Below are positions 62,028-64,000 of a DNA stretch of 64,000 nucleotides, one piece after another; positions within the stretch are counted from its first letter, which is position 1; the number at the start of each line of letters is the position of its first letter. The notes under the pieces were generated by a model that did not search any database, was not told where the DNA came from, and was given only the letters and a program-made list of their open reading frames with translations. The position numbers and the translations under genes were made by a program. The stretch comes from Lepidodermella squamata (taxonomy: Eukaryota; Animalia; Gastrotricha): NCBI GenBank assembly GCA_047495785.1, contig JBLDXI010000020.1, forward strand, positions 2,170,001 through 2,234,000. The letters are read 5' to 3'.

Positions 62028-64000
62028 TTTCTTCCAGCGAATATAAAATCTAAATTTGAGATAAAATTCATAAAATTTATTAAAAAAATTTAGAACGAGG
62101 ATTCAGTGCGAGTAAAAAATTACGGAGGTTGAATAAGCGGGAGCTGGTTGGATAAAAATGTCAATCCTCGACCGATAAGAAACGGCGGAAGGCTTATTCA
62201 TATAGAGAATTTCGATACACGCTAATAAAAATAGATTTTCACGCCAGCCATATTTTTTTTTATTAACTTAGTACCATTATAACAAATGAGAGGCAATTTA
62301 TATATCTAAAACTACGAAATTTATCGAGAGTTATTTTGGTGGGAAATGAGCGGCCACTTCACATCTGAACGCCCACGATATTTAATTCGAAAAGAAGAAT
62401 GATTTATCAGCGCGTTTTTTATTGTCACAACACCCTAGCGAGTAAACTACGAGGAAACACCTGAGGATTTTTATACTTGGCTACTGGCTTATTTTCTATT
62501 ACTGTCGTAGCAAAAATGCGTCATATACATCGGCCGATATTTGAGTCGAGTTGCGCTCATATTTCAATTGCTAGCAACTTGAAACTGAAACCGTAAATTG
62601 TGTACGTCACTAACTTGTTTTTTTTTTTAAGATCCCTAATGTAGCGTTTATGCGTCATTGCCCTGCGTGAAGGCGGTTCGTGAACTCCAGGGAATTATTT
62701 AAGTGGCTATGTCGATCCTATACTGAAGTTCGAAACGTTTCGCCATAAAAAGTTCGAAAGCCAGCAAAATAATTCCGAGGCCTCACATTTGATCGTGAAA
62801 ATTTTAATTTATAGGTGAAGTTTTTAATTAAAAAATATGCTTGTGATTATGTTATGCACATCTGATATTGAGGTTCAAGCAATACATTTTACCGATATCG
62901 GATTTTTTCATTTCCTGATCAATTTTATTATTTTTCATTTTTTATCATTTTTTACTCTGCCTGGCACCTCAGGTATATAGAAACCTGTTCAATGATGTCC
63001 AATGTTGCATGCTGCAATTGTTGTTCAATGTTCCAATATTTGCTAATATTGGAAGAATCACCGATTTTTAAAATCGATACCGAAAATCGATATCGGCTCT
63101 GATCGCCGATTAATACACAAAAGTGAGATCTATCGGTTAGACGCGGCAATAAAAAATTGAGGCAGATCTAGTAACTCTAAATTTGTGAACATTTAGACTG
63201 CTGACCTAATTTTAGGGTGTCCACTCGGCGCACCCTAGTAAATTTTCTGAGATCGTGCGTTCACTTGCTCTTTTATTGAGCCGGTTATTTTCCCGCTATA
63301 AATGCACTCGATATTTTAATCGTCAATAAAATCAAATCAAGAGATAAATAAAAACCAAACCACAATAATGGGTATTGAGTGGAGTGAGTATAAACGAAGA
63401 TACTTTATATGGCCACGCCACCGAAAAATTGGAGTGTAATAGAAACGAAGAAGTTGGCCCGTTTTGGGCTAGAAAAAATAAACGTCGGCACGCTTGATTA
63501 CTTCACCATTCACAGATACAAAATGAAGCACATAGAATTTGTTTCGAAGAGCGCGAAGAGGAAATAATCGCATATAAGTTCAACGTCCATGTTAAACGCG
63601 TTACATTTCGCGCTTGTTATTGCAACCGCACCAGTGCCTAAAATCACGTCTACTATTGCTGATCGATTTATACTTCGATGTATAGGAATAATAAAGATAA
63701 CGCCGTGTGAAAATGATTATTTATTTTAACCAGTGCGCGCCAAGAGTTATAATAAGGCGCCAGGGTGCCTAGTTGGTACTGATGAAATCGGCGGGGTTAT
63801 ACACAACACTAATATCTCAACGCGAGATCTTAACACGTTTTTCAAGCTGAATAAAGACTAATAGCAGCTGTAACCCACGCGCAGTTTGTTAAATATGTAA
63901 CAATTTTTCGGAGGAATCAGGCAACAAAACTGGCAGCGTTAATTTTCGTAATTTTGTTGCTGGCAAGCTCACCTGTTCTCGCAGACCTCAACGGGAGTGC

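Overview
Eukaryotic (invertebrate animal) genomic DNA. It is gene-dense, with many ~45-75 bp AT-rich GT-AG introns and degenerate (TTAGGG)n tracts; I cannot name the taxon from sequence alone. The left ~13 kb holds two tandem intronless GABA-B-like class C GPCR copies (the complete one has a single in-frame stop), an intronless class A GPCR with one in-frame stop, two C-type lectin genes and a decayed MULE transposon. 13.8-30 kb holds three divergent paralogous nuclear receptors (one with an internally deleted ligand-binding domain) and a pancreatic-type lipase. 30-62 kb holds four alpha-type nicotinic acetylcholine receptor (Cys-loop) subunit genes, reconstructed by hand across many tiny exons. 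Interleaved with them are six genes for a small secreted 4-cysteine protein family I do not recognise, and an ankyrin-repeat gene with an apparent signal peptide. This nAChR / secreted-peptide / secreted-ankyrin cluster is the best candidate for an undescribed system, but any functional link is inferred from co-location only. Introns and spacers carry many non-autonomous DNA transposons (TA-flanked, hAT, piggyBac, foldback). All gene models are manual and need RNA-seq confirmation.
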